DNA of 32,000 bases from Klebsiella michiganensis (GTDB lineage: Bacteria; Pseudomonadota; Gammaproteobacteria; Enterobacterales; Enterobacteriaceae): the NCBI RefSeq assembly GCF_002925905.1, contig NZ_PRDB01000022.1:7033-39032 (forward strand), in the 5' to 3' direction. Both the position numbers and the translations under genes were made by a program. Below the pieces are notes generated by a model that searched no databases, had not been told where the DNA came from, and saw nothing but the letters and a program-made list of their open reading frames with translations. Shown piece by piece: positions 16,667-25,491 of the stretch. How positions within the stretch are numbered: position 1 is the first letter of the stretch; the number at the start of each line of letters is the position of its first letter.

Positions 16667-17723
16667 GGCTTTGTTGAATAAATCGAACTTTTGCTGAGTT
16701 GAAGGATCAGATCACGCATCTTCCCGACAACGCAGACCGTTCCGTGGCAAAGCAAAAGTTCAAAATCACCAACTGGCCCACCTACAATAAAGCCCTCATC
16801 AACCGTGGCTCCATAACTTTCTGGCTGGATGATGAAGCTATTCAGGCCTGGTATGAGTCGGCAACGCCTTCATCACGGGGAAGACCTCAGCGCTATTCTG
16901 ATCTCGCCATCACCACCGTTCTGGTCATTAAACGCGTGTTCAGGTTGACCCTGCGGGCTGCACAGGGTTTTATTGATTCCATTTTTACACTGATGAATGT
17001 TCCGTTGCGCTGCCCGGATTACACCAGTGTCAGCAAGCGCGCAAAGTCGGTTAATGTCAGTTTCAAAACGTTCACCCGGGGTGAAATCGCGCATCTGGTG
17101 ATTGATTCCACCGGGCTGAAGGTCTTTGGTGAAGGCGAATGGAAAGTCAAAAAACACGGCAAAGAACGCCGTCGTATATGGCGAAAGTTGCATCTGGCAG
17201 TTGACAGCAACACACATGAAATCATCTGTGCAGACCTGTCGCTGAACAATGTGACGGACTCAGAAGCCTTCCCGGGTCTTATCCGGCAGACTCACAGAAA
17301 AATCAGGGCAGCATCGGCAGACGGCGCTTACGACACCCGGCTCTGTCATGATGAACTGCGGCGTAAGAAAATCAGCGCGCTTATCCCACCCCGAAAAGGC
17401 GCGGGTTACTGGCCCGGTGAATATGCAGACCGTAACCGTGCAGTGGCTAATCAGCGAATGACCGGGAGTAATGCGCGGTGGAAATGGACAACAGATTACA
17501 ACCGTCGCTCGATAGCGGAAACGGCGATGTACCGGGTAAAACAGCTGTTCGGGGGTTCACTGACGCTGCGTGACTACGATGGTCAGGTTGCGGAGGCTAT
17601 GGCCCTGGTACGAGCGCTGAACAAAATGACGAAAGCAGGTATGCCTGAAAGCGTGCGTATTGCCTGAAAACACAACCCGCTACGGGGGAGACTTACCCGA
17701 AATCTGATTTATTCAACAAAGCC
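16667..17723 (+). mobile_element. IS903 (IS5 family), complete 1057-bp copy
   Basis: The termini are GGCTTTGTTGAATAAATCG ... TGATTTATTCAACAAAGCC. The 9-bp direct duplication GCAATCAGG is at 16658-16666 and 17724-17732. Confidence 0.95.
16744..17667 (+). CDS. IS903 transposase (307 aa, GTG start)
   Basis: VAKQKFKITNWPTYNKALINRGS... matches the IS903 transposase as I remember it. The TTG start at 16699 in the ORF track is probably too long. Confidence 0.9.
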   Translation: MAKQKFKITNWPTYNKALINRGSITFWLDDEAIQAWYESATPSSRGRPQRYSDLAITTVLVIKRVFRLTLRAAQGFIDSIFTLMNVPLRCPDYTSVSKRAKSVNVSFKTFTRGEIAHLVIDSTGLKVFGEGEWKVKKHGKERRRIWRKLHLAVDSNTHEIICADLSLNNVTDSEAFPGLIRQTHRKIRAASADGAYDTRLCHDELRRKKISALIPPRKGAGYWPGEYADRNRAVANQRMTGSNARWKWTTDYNRRSIAETAMYRVKQLFGGSLTLRDYDGQVAEAMALVRALNKMTKAGMPESVRIA

Positions 17724-17975
17724 GCAATCAGGTTATGAGCCGTCGCGCTACCGCAAAAATTCTACGTCCCATGTCATCGCAGTTCGGAACCGCTCAGCAT
17801 AAATCGTTCACAAATCCATTATAGTGTGGCGTTGCAAGGAGAAAAAGTGTTTTGCTGTGTCTGTCGACTTTTGTCAAAGCTCAATTGAAATGTCCTTTAT
17901 CCGGCTCAATTAAAATGTCCACTTTGATCTCAGATTCTCTTTGCTGATAGACTTTCCTTCGACTGAAACAACAGG

Positions 17976-18620
17976 ATGATTGATCTCATGCTTCGATACG
18001 AGTTAACGCCGAACAATGCAGGTTTTATACTGTGGGGAGATTCAGAAGCCCTGAATGAATTGCACGAACTCGTTCATTACATCGTGGATGAAAGCCCACT
18101 GATTAAAGTTAAAGACGGATTTATGTTATCCCTTGCCTATGATATTCGTAAAGCGCGGGAAGGTAATCGTCGTGTTGAGCAACATCAGTATGATCAACAT
18201 GATACATATAAGCTTTATGGTGTTGAGATTTTATGGCCTCTGGTCCTGGTTCAGTCCTCAATACTCAGAAACTCAATGGGTTATATTCAGACAGACAAAA
18301 ACCAGCTGTCTGTCATGTATGCCTTTGAATACCTGATAGAATCAGCATTAACAGAGTCTGACCGAACAACGTCGAATGATATTATGCAAACAGCAAAATA
18401 TGCATCAGACTCTGATTTTAATTTCATTGAGGATAATATTGACAGCAGGTGCTGCTATTTTATCAGCTTATCTCCGGAGCAAAGAAAAAAGCAGTTAATC
18501 AGTATTGTTCGCTCTTTTGATTCATTATGGGGTAAGTATGCCCGTGAAAAGCAGGACATAAAGATGCTGAACGAAATGAATAATACATCATGGGTCTGGC
18601 CGGACAATATCAACTGGTGA
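17976..18620 (+). CDS. IS passenger protein of unknown function (214 aa)
   Basis: AT-rich ORF entirely inside the IS boundaries and convergent with the transposase gene. No motif recognised. Confidence 0.6.
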   Translation: MIDLMLRYELTPNNAGFILWGDSEALNELHELVHYIVDESPLIKVKDGFMLSLAYDIRKAREGNRRVEQHQYDQHDTYKLYGVEILWPLVLVQSSILRNSMGYIQTDKNQLSVMYAFEYLIESALTESDRTTSNDIMQTAKYASDSDFNFIEDNIDSRCCYFISLSPEQRKKQLISIVRSFDSLWGKYAREKQDIKMLNEMNNTSWVWPDNINW

Positions 18621-18648
18621 GCAACAACCGTCCGGTCAGTGAGTACCA

Positions 18649-20052
18649 TCAGCGGGCTCTTTTACCAAAAATATCCTCTGAACGTGACTGAAGCTGTTTG
18701 AGTGCTTCGAGCATGTCATCATTATCCAGTGAGCGCTGGGATTTCTTCCCTTCCTGCTTTGGCCGTCGTCGGGAAGGGCCATCACCAGCGGGAATTGACT
18801 GAGAGCGCGTGTTATCCCGCTTGCTCTGCACCAGACTGATAAACTCCAGGGTTCGGCCAAGACGCTTGTTATCGACAATCGCGCCCTGGTCGATTTCTGA
18901 CAGTCGGTCGTAAGTAGAGTAGGGAAGTAACGTACCGTTCAGGCGCAGCTCTTTTCTGCCATCAGGATAGTGATACACATCGATATATTTACCTATTGCA
19001 CGGCGACTCAGCTCGCTGTCTTCAATCAGGTACAACATTTTATCATATTGTATCGTCAACGATTTTGAGACTTTACGTTTTTCACGAACAGTGAAAATAA
19101 GCTCCAAGTCTTCATCATGTTCTACAGCACGGTGTACGTCAAAATCATGTCGCGGTACTTTGCCAAAACGGCGGTTATAGTCAGCCATATAGGCCTCAGC
19201 GAAGTCATTTGCAGCCTCCATTGAGCAAATGCCCTGTAACCGCAGTTCTTTTACCAGACGATCCTGTAAAGTCAGGTGAGCACGTTCTACACGCCCTTTG
19301 GCGGGGCTGGTTTCTGCACAGATAGTCTGGATGTTCAGTTCATGCATGGCTCGCCCAAACTGAGTATGTCCGTCTCCGCCTGTGGCGTGTTTATTGTTAA
19401 CACGAAAAACACCAGCTTTATCGCTGTACAGTGCCAGCGGTTTACCATGCTTATCAATATAGCGCCGCGTGGCTTCAAAGTAAGAAAACGTGGACTCCGA
19501 TTTAACAAACAACAGTTCCATCAGTTTGCTGGTTGCATCATCAACGTAGACCAGCGCTGTGCAGGCCGGGCCACGGCCTTCAAACCAGTCATGATCACAG
19601 CCGTCAATCTGTATCAGTTCACCAGTGCAAGGACGCCGGTACCGTGGTTGAGGGATCCTTGCGGCGCGTTGTTTACGGGGGATCCATAAACCAGCCCGGA
19701 CCATGATGCGCCGGACTGTTTCTTTGCCAAGAAACAGTCCGTGGAGCTCTTCGAGCTTTTCACGCGCGAGAGTTGGACCGAAATCAGCATAACGCGTCTT
19801 GATCAGTTCCAGAGCCTCGTCTGCGAGCCCGGGAGGCAACTGACGGTTACCACGCATGCCACATCGTCTGCTGGCCATACCAAGCGGACCGCCTTCACGG
19901 TAACGAGCAAGAAGACGGCGGCATTGTCTGTCGCTGATACCAAGGTGCTCGGCCGCACGACGCGTTGTGATGCGACGTTCGATGACGTCCTGTATAATCT
20001 TAACCCGGTTGATCTCTTTCAAAGTAAACACTCCTGAGCTTTCTGCGCTCAT
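18649..20052 (-). CDS. IS1202-group DDE transposase (HTH + rve/integrase core)
   Basis: 467 aa. N-terminal HTH AAEHLGISDRQCRRLLARYREGG. Integrase-core motifs are IQIDGCDHDWF, ALVYVDDATS, LYSDKAGVF and ICAETSPAKGRVER. Confidence 0.85.
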   Translation of the reverse strand: MSAESSGVFTLKEINRVKIIQDVIERRITTRRAAEHLGISDRQCRRLLARYREGGPLGMASRRCGMRGNRQLPPGLADEALELIKTRYADFGPTLAREKLEELHGLFLGKETVRRIMVRAGLWIPRKQRAARIPQPRYRRPCTGELIQIDGCDHDWFEGRGPACTALVYVDDATSKLMELLFVKSESTFSYFEATRRYIDKHGKPLALYSDKAGVFRVNNKHATGGDGHTQFGRAMHELNIQTICAETSPAKGRVERAHLTLQDRLVKELRLQGICSMEAANDFAEAYMADYNRRFGKVPRHDFDVHRAVEHDEDLELIFTVREKRKVSKSLTIQYDKMLYLIEDSELSRRAIGKYIDVYHYPDGRKELRLNGTLLPYSTYDRLSEIDQGAIVDNKRLGRTLEFISLVQSKRDNTRSQSIPAGDGPSRRRPKQEGKKSQRSLDNDDMLEALKQLQSRSEDIFGKRAR

Positions 20053-20154
20053 GATATGCCTCCCGGTAGTTTAAACGGACCAGTGAAGCTTACCATAACG
20101 CGGACATCTGAATTGAGCCACAGGCGGACATTACTATTGAGCCCCTACAACTTT

Positions 20155-20182
20155 GGTGCGCATAATGTATATTATGTTAAAT
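20155..20182 (+). other. dif: chromosomal dif site (XerC arm GGTGCGCATAA, core TGTATA, XerD arm TTATGTTAAAT)
   Basis: 28/28 identity to the E. coli dif consensus GGTGCGCATAATGTATATTATGTTAAAT. Confidence 0.9.
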
Positions 20183-20365
20183 GCCATTAAAGAAGCCGAG
20201 TCTGCCGCAATGCGCCCCCATACCCTTACCTTACCCCGCGCTAAGCCGGGATATTCAAATCATTTCCAGTCGCTAAAGAACTAACGCCATCGTGTCATCC
20301 ACCTGCCGCCGCAAAGCCTGGGAGCGCCTTCCGTCACGCGCAGCTCTCACTCATATCGCGCAGAC

Positions 20366-21364
20366 TCAGGAGTCTGACCCGGTGTGCCTGTTCGATGGCG
20401 TCGCTCCCTGCTGCTCTTTGGGCAATAATGAGCGAGGCGAGATTCCAAAGGCTTTGCGGAAGGCGTGGCTGAAATGAGAGAAATCAGAGAAGCCGAAATC
20501 CAGCGCCGCCTGGGACACGCTACTGACTCGTCCGCGTTCGAGGGCCTCTCGGCTCGCTCGCAGCCTCTCCTGCCAAATCACGGCCATCGGCGTTTTTTTG
20601 TGGCGGGCGAAAGCACGCGTGACGGTGCGAATGGAAACATGGTGCGCCCGAGCCAGGCTCTCAATGTTCAAATCTGGATCGACAAGCTGCCGCCGAATGT
20701 AAATCATCATCCTGGCGTACAGATCGCGCTCAGCACTCACGTTATCCAGATCCTGCAATTCCAGACTCAGCACCAGCAGATCCAGCATCGTCTGGGAGAA
20801 ACGGCCAGAAATATCTGGGTTGTCCAGACACGCGGGCATCGCTGTCGCCTGACGCAGCATTTCACGCAGTGGAATCACGCCGGGCCGACTGTCATCCAGT
20901 ACCATAGCGGTGAGCGTTTCAATCCTCGGCAAACGACAACTCAGCAGATGCCGCGGGATCCGCACCAGGTGATTATCGCCCCCACCCAGGCTGAAACTGA
21001 ACGTCTGCGCGGCGTCGTATAACACCAGGCTATCCGCCGCCAGCGCCGCCTTGCGCCCTCCCTGTTCAAGCTGGCCGTACCCGCCTTGCATATAGCCCAG
21101 CCACAGATCGTCGTCTGGCCCCTGCCTCAGATAACGTGCGGTGCGTTCCCAGCGGTGCAACGGCGCGGACAACGAACAGATATCCACCATCCCCACCCCG
21201 CGTACCGCAAGCCGGGCGTCAAAGTCGACCCCAGCCATGGGCACGCTGGCGGCCGGAATGCAGTGACGCAACACCACGTCGTTCCAATACTCGAAGCGGC
21301 GCGACTCGGCAACGCCAATGGTCGAATAGTGGGAGCAGACCGCAGACGGCATGATGCTATTCAT
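20366..21364 (-). CDS. AraC-family transcriptional regulator
   Basis: C-terminal double HTH: IESLARAHHVSIRTVTRAFARH ... SQAALDFGFSDFSHFSHAFRKAFGISP. It is divergent from the nitrile hydratase cluster. Confidence 0.85.
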   Translation of the reverse strand: MNSIMPSAVCSHYSTIGVAESRRFEYWNDVVLRHCIPAASVPMAGVDFDARLAVRGVGMVDICSLSAPLHRWERTARYLRQGPDDDLWLGYMQGGYGQLEQGGRKAALAADSLVLYDAAQTFSFSLGGGDNHLVRIPRHLLSCRLPRIETLTAMVLDDSRPGVIPLREMLRQATAMPACLDNPDISGRFSQTMLDLLVLSLELQDLDNVSAERDLYARMMIYIRRQLVDPDLNIESLARAHHVSIRTVTRAFARHKKTPMAVIWQERLRASREALERGRVSSVSQAALDFGFSDFSHFSHAFRKAFGISPRSLLPKEQQGATPSNRHTGSDS

Positions 21365-21764
21365 AATTGCTCACCTCGCACCTTAATTCCCGCATCAATA
21401 ACAGACACGGGTTCACAGACAGCAACTATCGTGCCAGCACTCAGATGTCCCTCCAGCTCTCACTCGCATCCGCGCTAAGGCAGAGGAAATATCGCTGACG
21501 CTCCGTCGATGCGCCAGGCGTCCCACGTCGCGAATGGCGTCGAAAAAGCGAGAACCGCACTCAAGGTGTGCACATCTGCGCTATGACGGAGCATCACGCT
21601 ATGGGCCTTTTCAGCCTGCCCGCCCGTTGTCCCTGCCAGCCAAACGACTGTCCTTATGAAACAAGTACGCAGCAAATTTCTCCCTAATATCTGTAACCGT
21701 AAGGTCTTCCGGCCACGTTGGTACCGGGAAATAAACAAGAGATATCAGACATGAGGGTAACGTT

Positions 21765-22658
21765 ATGACTGTTAGTGGCACCACATCTCGTATCAGCCTG
21801 GTCGCCTGCACACTCTGGCTGGCGACGATCCCGGCCCATGCGGTCGATCTCAACTCACAGGATCTCATTCCGGCTCCTGCCGGTACCGATGCCATTCTGG
21901 CGTATTTCACCTACGCCACGCGAGACAGCTTTACCCCCACAGGTGGCGACGAAATTAAGCAAGGCACCGGGCTGGACTCCTTCGTCAGCATCTTTCGTTA
22001 CGTCCACTATATGGATGTGGGAGGCTTCACGGTCGCGCCGCAGGTGCTGATGCCCTACGGACGTCTTTATAACGGCTCCCTGGGCGGTACCCGCCTCGAT
22101 TCCGCCAGCGGCCTGGGCGACCCCATTCTGGCCGCCCCGGTCTGGCTGGTGAACAACCCCAGCACCACCTTCGCCCTCGTGCCCTACCTGTACGTCCCTG
22201 CCGGTTCCTACGATGCCGGGCGCACGCTCAACGTCGGTGAGAACCGCTGGAAGTTCGATCTGCAGCTTGGCGGCGTGCAGCAGCTTGGTAACGGTTTCGC
22301 CACGCAGCTGTCCGCTGATGCGATGTGGTATGGCGACAACGACGATGCCACGGGCATCGGCACCGGCCGCCTCAAACAAGACAACACCTATCAATTTCAG
22401 GGCTGGGTAAGCTGGACGCCGCCCGCAGACAACACCTGGACCGTCTCCGCCGGTTACGCCAAATTGTGGGGCGGTAAGCAGCAGATCGACGGCGTCGAGA
22501 ACGGACAAGCGACGCGTTCGGATCAGGTAAGGCTGGAATTGTCGAAATTCATCACCCCCACGGTGCAAGTGCAGGGCTTGCTCCAACGCGACATCAACGT
22601 CGATGGCGGTTTTAAGGAAGATCTCCACACCACCCTGCGCGTGATGAAACTGTTCTGA
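21765..22658 (+). CDS. outer-membrane beta-barrel channel (MetA-pathway/phenol-degradation-like transporter family)
   Basis: Signal peptide ...LWLATIPAHA. There are alternating beta-strand patterns and a C-terminal aromatic residue (MKLF). The family assignment is from memory of PAPAGTDA...YxxY-type N-termini. Confidence 0.6.
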   Translation: MTVSGTTSRISLVACTLWLATIPAHAVDLNSQDLIPAPAGTDAILAYFTYATRDSFTPTGGDEIKQGTGLDSFVSIFRYVHYMDVGGFTVAPQVLMPYGRLYNGSLGGTRLDSASGLGDPILAAPVWLVNNPSTTFALVPYLYVPAGSYDAGRTLNVGENRWKFDLQLGGVQQLGNGFATQLSADAMWYGDNDDATGIGTGRLKQDNTYQFQGWVSWTPPADNTWTVSAGYAKLWGGKQQIDGVENGQATRSDQVRLELSKFITPTVQVQGLLQRDINVDGGFKEDLHTTLRVMKLF

Positions 22659-22712
22659 TTGAACAGAGGCCTATACACCCCCTTCCACTCACATGTTACG
22701 GAGAAATCCACC

Positions 22713-23195
22713 ATGAGCGAACAGCAGCAAAAGCCGTCTCTCTATGAACGTCTCGGCGGGTATGACGCCGTCTACGCCTTCGCAGGCGAAGTGTTGAAGA
22801 CCTGTATGAAGCATCCCGACATCGGCCATATCTGGGCGCACGTGTCCGAGTCTTCATTTCAGAAAGAGCATATCAACTTCGTTGATTTCTTGTGCAAGCA
22901 CTGGGGTGGCAACACCGTCTATCGGGGACGAGATATGGTGACCGCGCACCGCGGCATGGGGCTGACCGAGGTGCACTGGAAAGCCGTATTCGAGTCTATC
23001 GACGAGTGTTACGAAAACTTCAATGTGCCGCAGGATATTCGTGAAGAGGTCAACGCTTTCCTGACCCAATTCAAGCCCGCGGTCATCGGCAGTCCTTCGT
23101 ATCGCGACGTGGTGCTCTCACATCCGGACATGGACGTGACCAAAGGCATGAAAAGTGTCGGTATCCACTGGCCTAAAGCCGATAAGCCGTCTTAA
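22713..23195 (+). CDS. truncated (2-on-2) globin-family protein
   Basis: The ATG at 22713 follows GGAGA. SLYERLGGYDAVYAFAGEV... and FLCKHWGGNTVYRGRDMVTAHRGMGL, with a candidate proximal His, fit the group-I truncated hemoglobin pattern. Confidence 0.7.
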   Translation: MSEQQQKPSLYERLGGYDAVYAFAGEVLKTCMKHPDIGHIWAHVSESSFQKEHINFVDFLCKHWGGNTVYRGRDMVTAHRGMGLTEVHWKAVFESIDECYENFNVPQDIREEVNAFLTQFKPAVIGSPSYRDVVLSHPDMDVTKGMKSVGIHWPKADKPS

Positions 23196-23203
23196 CACCT
23201 TAC

Positions 23204-23234
23204 GGACACCCGCAGGCTGCGCGGGTGTCCATTT
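23204..23234 (+). terminator. hairpin after the globin gene
   Basis: GGACACCCGC/GCGGGTGTCC 10-bp stem with a 7-nt loop, followed by ATTT. Confidence 0.5.
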
Positions 23235-23330
23235 CAGCCAAACGACTGACCCGGATAACCAAGTCAGGATGGCATTCCGGGCTTATGTTCAAGACAGGCG
23301 CATGAGCAAACACAGAAAAAAGGAAACAAC

Positions 23331-24845
23331 ATGGCTATTCAACGTCCCACTGCTGAACAACTCCAGGAGCTTGCCAGTCGGCTGCATATCAGCCTGACGC
23401 CGGCGCAGGCCGAGGAATATCTGGCGGTGATGCAGGCTAACTTCGACGCTTACGATCTGATCGACTCCCTTCCCGACGATATCCCGGAGGTCCGCTATCC
23501 GCGCGCCGCCGGCTATCGTCCGACTGGCGAGGACAATCCGCTCAATGCCTGGTATTACAAAACGGAGGTAAAAGGTGCAGCGACTGGCGCGCTGGCCGGG
23601 CGGACCATCGCTCTGAAAGACAATGTCTCGCTCGCCGGCGTACCGATGATGAACGGCGCCTCCACGCTCGAAGGTTTCGTCCCATCCTACGACGCGACCG
23701 TGGCCACCCGCCTGCTGGATGCCGGGGCGACGATTCTCGGCAAAGCCACCTGCGAGCACTTCTGCCTCTCCGGCGGAAGCCACACTTCCGACCCGGCCCC
23801 GGTGCACAATCCCCATCGTCATGGCTATTCCTCCGGCGGTTCGTCCTCCGGCAGCGCCGCACTGGTGGCGGCTGGCGAAGTGGACATGGCGATAGGCTGC
23901 GATCAGGGCGGTTCCATCCGTATCCCTTCCGCCTTCTGTGGTACCTACGGCATGAAACCGACCCACGGTCTGGTGCCTTACACGGGCATCATGCCGATTG
24001 AGGCGACCATCGACCACGCCGGTCCCATCACCGCCAACGTGCGCGACAACGCACTGATGCTGGAAACCATCGCCGGGAGTGACGGGCTTGACCCGCGTCA
24101 GTACGCGCCCGTTGTAGAGAGCTATACCGCCGCCCTCGGAAAAGGTGTGCGCGGCCTGAAAATCGGCATTCTGACCGAGGGATTCCAGTTGCCGAATATG
24201 GACCCGCAGGTAGAAACGAAGGTGCGGGACGCCATCGCCCGCCTGCAAGCACTGGGCGCCATTGTTAGCGAAATTTCCGTGCCGGAACACAATCTGGCGG
24301 GCGCGCTTTGGTCGCCTATCGGCTGCGAAGGTCTGACCGCCCAGATGATGCACGGCAACGGCATGGGTTTTAACTGGGAAGGCCAGTACGACGTCAGCCT
24401 GCTGGACAAACACGCGCAATGGCGCGACAGCGCGGATGCCCTCTCCCCGTCGCTCAAAGTTTGCATGTTCGTCGGCCAGTATGGGCTGGAGCGCTATAAC
24501 GGTCGCTACTACGCCAGAGCGCAGAATATCGCGCGTCGGGCCCGCGCCGGCTACGACCGGGCCCTGAGCGATTTCGATCTGCTGGTGATGCCTACCGTGC
24601 CTGTGCTCGCTCAGCCAATACCAGGCCCGGACTGCTCCATCACCGAATACATCTCGCGCGCTTTCGAAATGATCGGTAACACCGCTGCGCAGGACATCAC
24701 CGGTCACCCGGCCATGTCTATCCCCTGTGGCATGGTCGACGGACTTCCGGTTGGCATGATGCTGGTAGGACGTCATTACGCTGAAAACACGCTCTATCAG
24801 GCCGCCGCCGCTTTCGAAGCCTGCGGTGACTGGCGGACGTTTTAA
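23331..24845 (+). CDS. amidase (amidase-signature family)
   Basis: AS signature [36 protein letters not shown]. 504 aa with an AAGGA RBS. Confidence 0.9.
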   Translation: MAIQRPTAEQLQELASRLHISLTPAQAEEYLAVMQANFDAYDLIDSLPDDIPEVRYPRAAGYRPTGEDNPLNAWYYKTEVKGAATGALAGRTIALKDNVSLAGVPMMNGASTLEGFVPSYDATVATRLLDAGATILGKATCEHFCLSGGSHTSDPAPVHNPHRHGYSSGGSSSGSAALVAAGEVDMAIGCDQGGSIRIPSAFCGTYGMKPTHGLVPYTGIMPIEATIDHAGPITANVRDNALMLETIAGSDGLDPRQYAPVVESYTAALGKGVRGLKIGILTEGFQLPNMDPQVETKVRDAIARLQALGAIVSEISVPEHNLAGALWSPIGCEGLTAQMMHGNGMGFNWEGQYDVSLLDKHAQWRDSADALSPSLKVCMFVGQYGLERYNGRYYARAQNIARRARAGYDRALSDFDLLVMPTVPVLAQPIPGPDCSITEYISRAFEMIGNTAAQDITGHPAMSIPCGMVDGLPVGMMLVGRHYAENTLYQAAAAFEACGDWRTF

Positions 24846-24868
24846 CCTTAACTCTCGGGAAGCCTAAA

Positions 24869-25476
24869 ATGAGCCATAAACACGACCACGACCATACCCA
24901 ACCCCCGTTGATATCGAGCTACGCGTCCGCGCACTGGAATCCCTGCTGCAGGAAAAAGGCCTGATCGACCCGGCTGCGCTGGATGAGCTGATTGACACCT
25001 ACGAGCACAAAGTCGGCCCCCGAAACGGCGCACAGGTTGTCGCCAGAGCGTGGAGCGACCCGGAATACAAACGTCGACTGATGGAAAATGCCACTGCCGC
25101 TATTGCTGAACTGGGTTTCTCCGGAATACAGGGCGAAGACATGCTGGTCGTGGAGAACACGCCGGACGTGCACAACGTCACCGTTTGTACGCTGTGTTCC
25201 TGCTACCCCTGGCCGGTACTGGGTCTGCCGCCGGTGTGGTACAAATCAGCGCCCTATCGTTCGCGTATCGTCATCGACCCGCGCGGCGTTCTCGCCGAGT
25301 TCGGGTTACACATACCAGAAAACAAAGAGATTCGCGTCTGGGATAGCAGCGCCGAGCTGCGCTATCTGGTCCTGCCTGAACGTCCGGCAGGCACGGAAGG
25401 CTGGAGCGAAGCGCAGTTGAGCGAACTCATCACGCGCGATTCGATGATTGGCACCGGTGTGGTTAGCGCACCATAA
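24869..25476 (+). pseudogene. nthA: cobalt-type nitrile hydratase alpha subunit, reading frame broken in a C-run near codon 12
   Basis: The ATG at 24869 gives [13 protein letters not shown] and then runs into a stop. The conserved remainder ([18 protein letters not shown] ... [17 protein letters not shown] ...) is in the +2 frame relative to the ATG (one base missing). That frame has an upstream TAA at 24877 and no start before 25081. The 608-nt span is not a multiple of 3. This may be a sequencing error. Confidence 0.8.
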
Positions 25477-25491
25477 CGAAAGGAGAAAACC

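Larger units (their letters stand above)
9348..17871 (+). mobile_element. filamentous (Inovirus) prophage integrated at dif, interrupted by IS903 and separated from dif by an IS1202-group element
   Basis: A co-directional, tightly packed module (Rep_trans-type initiator, OB-fold ssDNA-binding protein, pVIII-like coat, pIII-like, pVI-like, Zot/pI, secretin) is bounded by attL and, before the IS insertion, by dif. It is about 7.46 kb once IS903 plus its TSD are subtracted. Confidence 0.85.
17872..20149 (-). mobile_element. IS1202-group (ISNCY family) insertion sequence, 2278 bp, with passenger ORF
   Basis: The ends are TGTCAAAGCTCAAT... and ...ATTGAGCCCCTACA (TGT/ACA termini). Each end carries two copies of a GGCTCAATTnAnATGTCC-like subterminal repeat. 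The 5-bp direct duplication ACTTT is at 17867-17871 and 20150-20154. Confidence 0.8.

Noticed and set aside
23289-24776. 495-aa ORF on the minus strand, antisense to the amidase gene. Similar long antisense ORFs occur at 25306-26298, 21855-22628 and 20465-21022.
   Set aside because: These are shadow ORFs typical of GC-rich coding DNA. They are Arg/Gly/His-rich and low in complexity, whereas the sense strand carries unambiguous family motifs.
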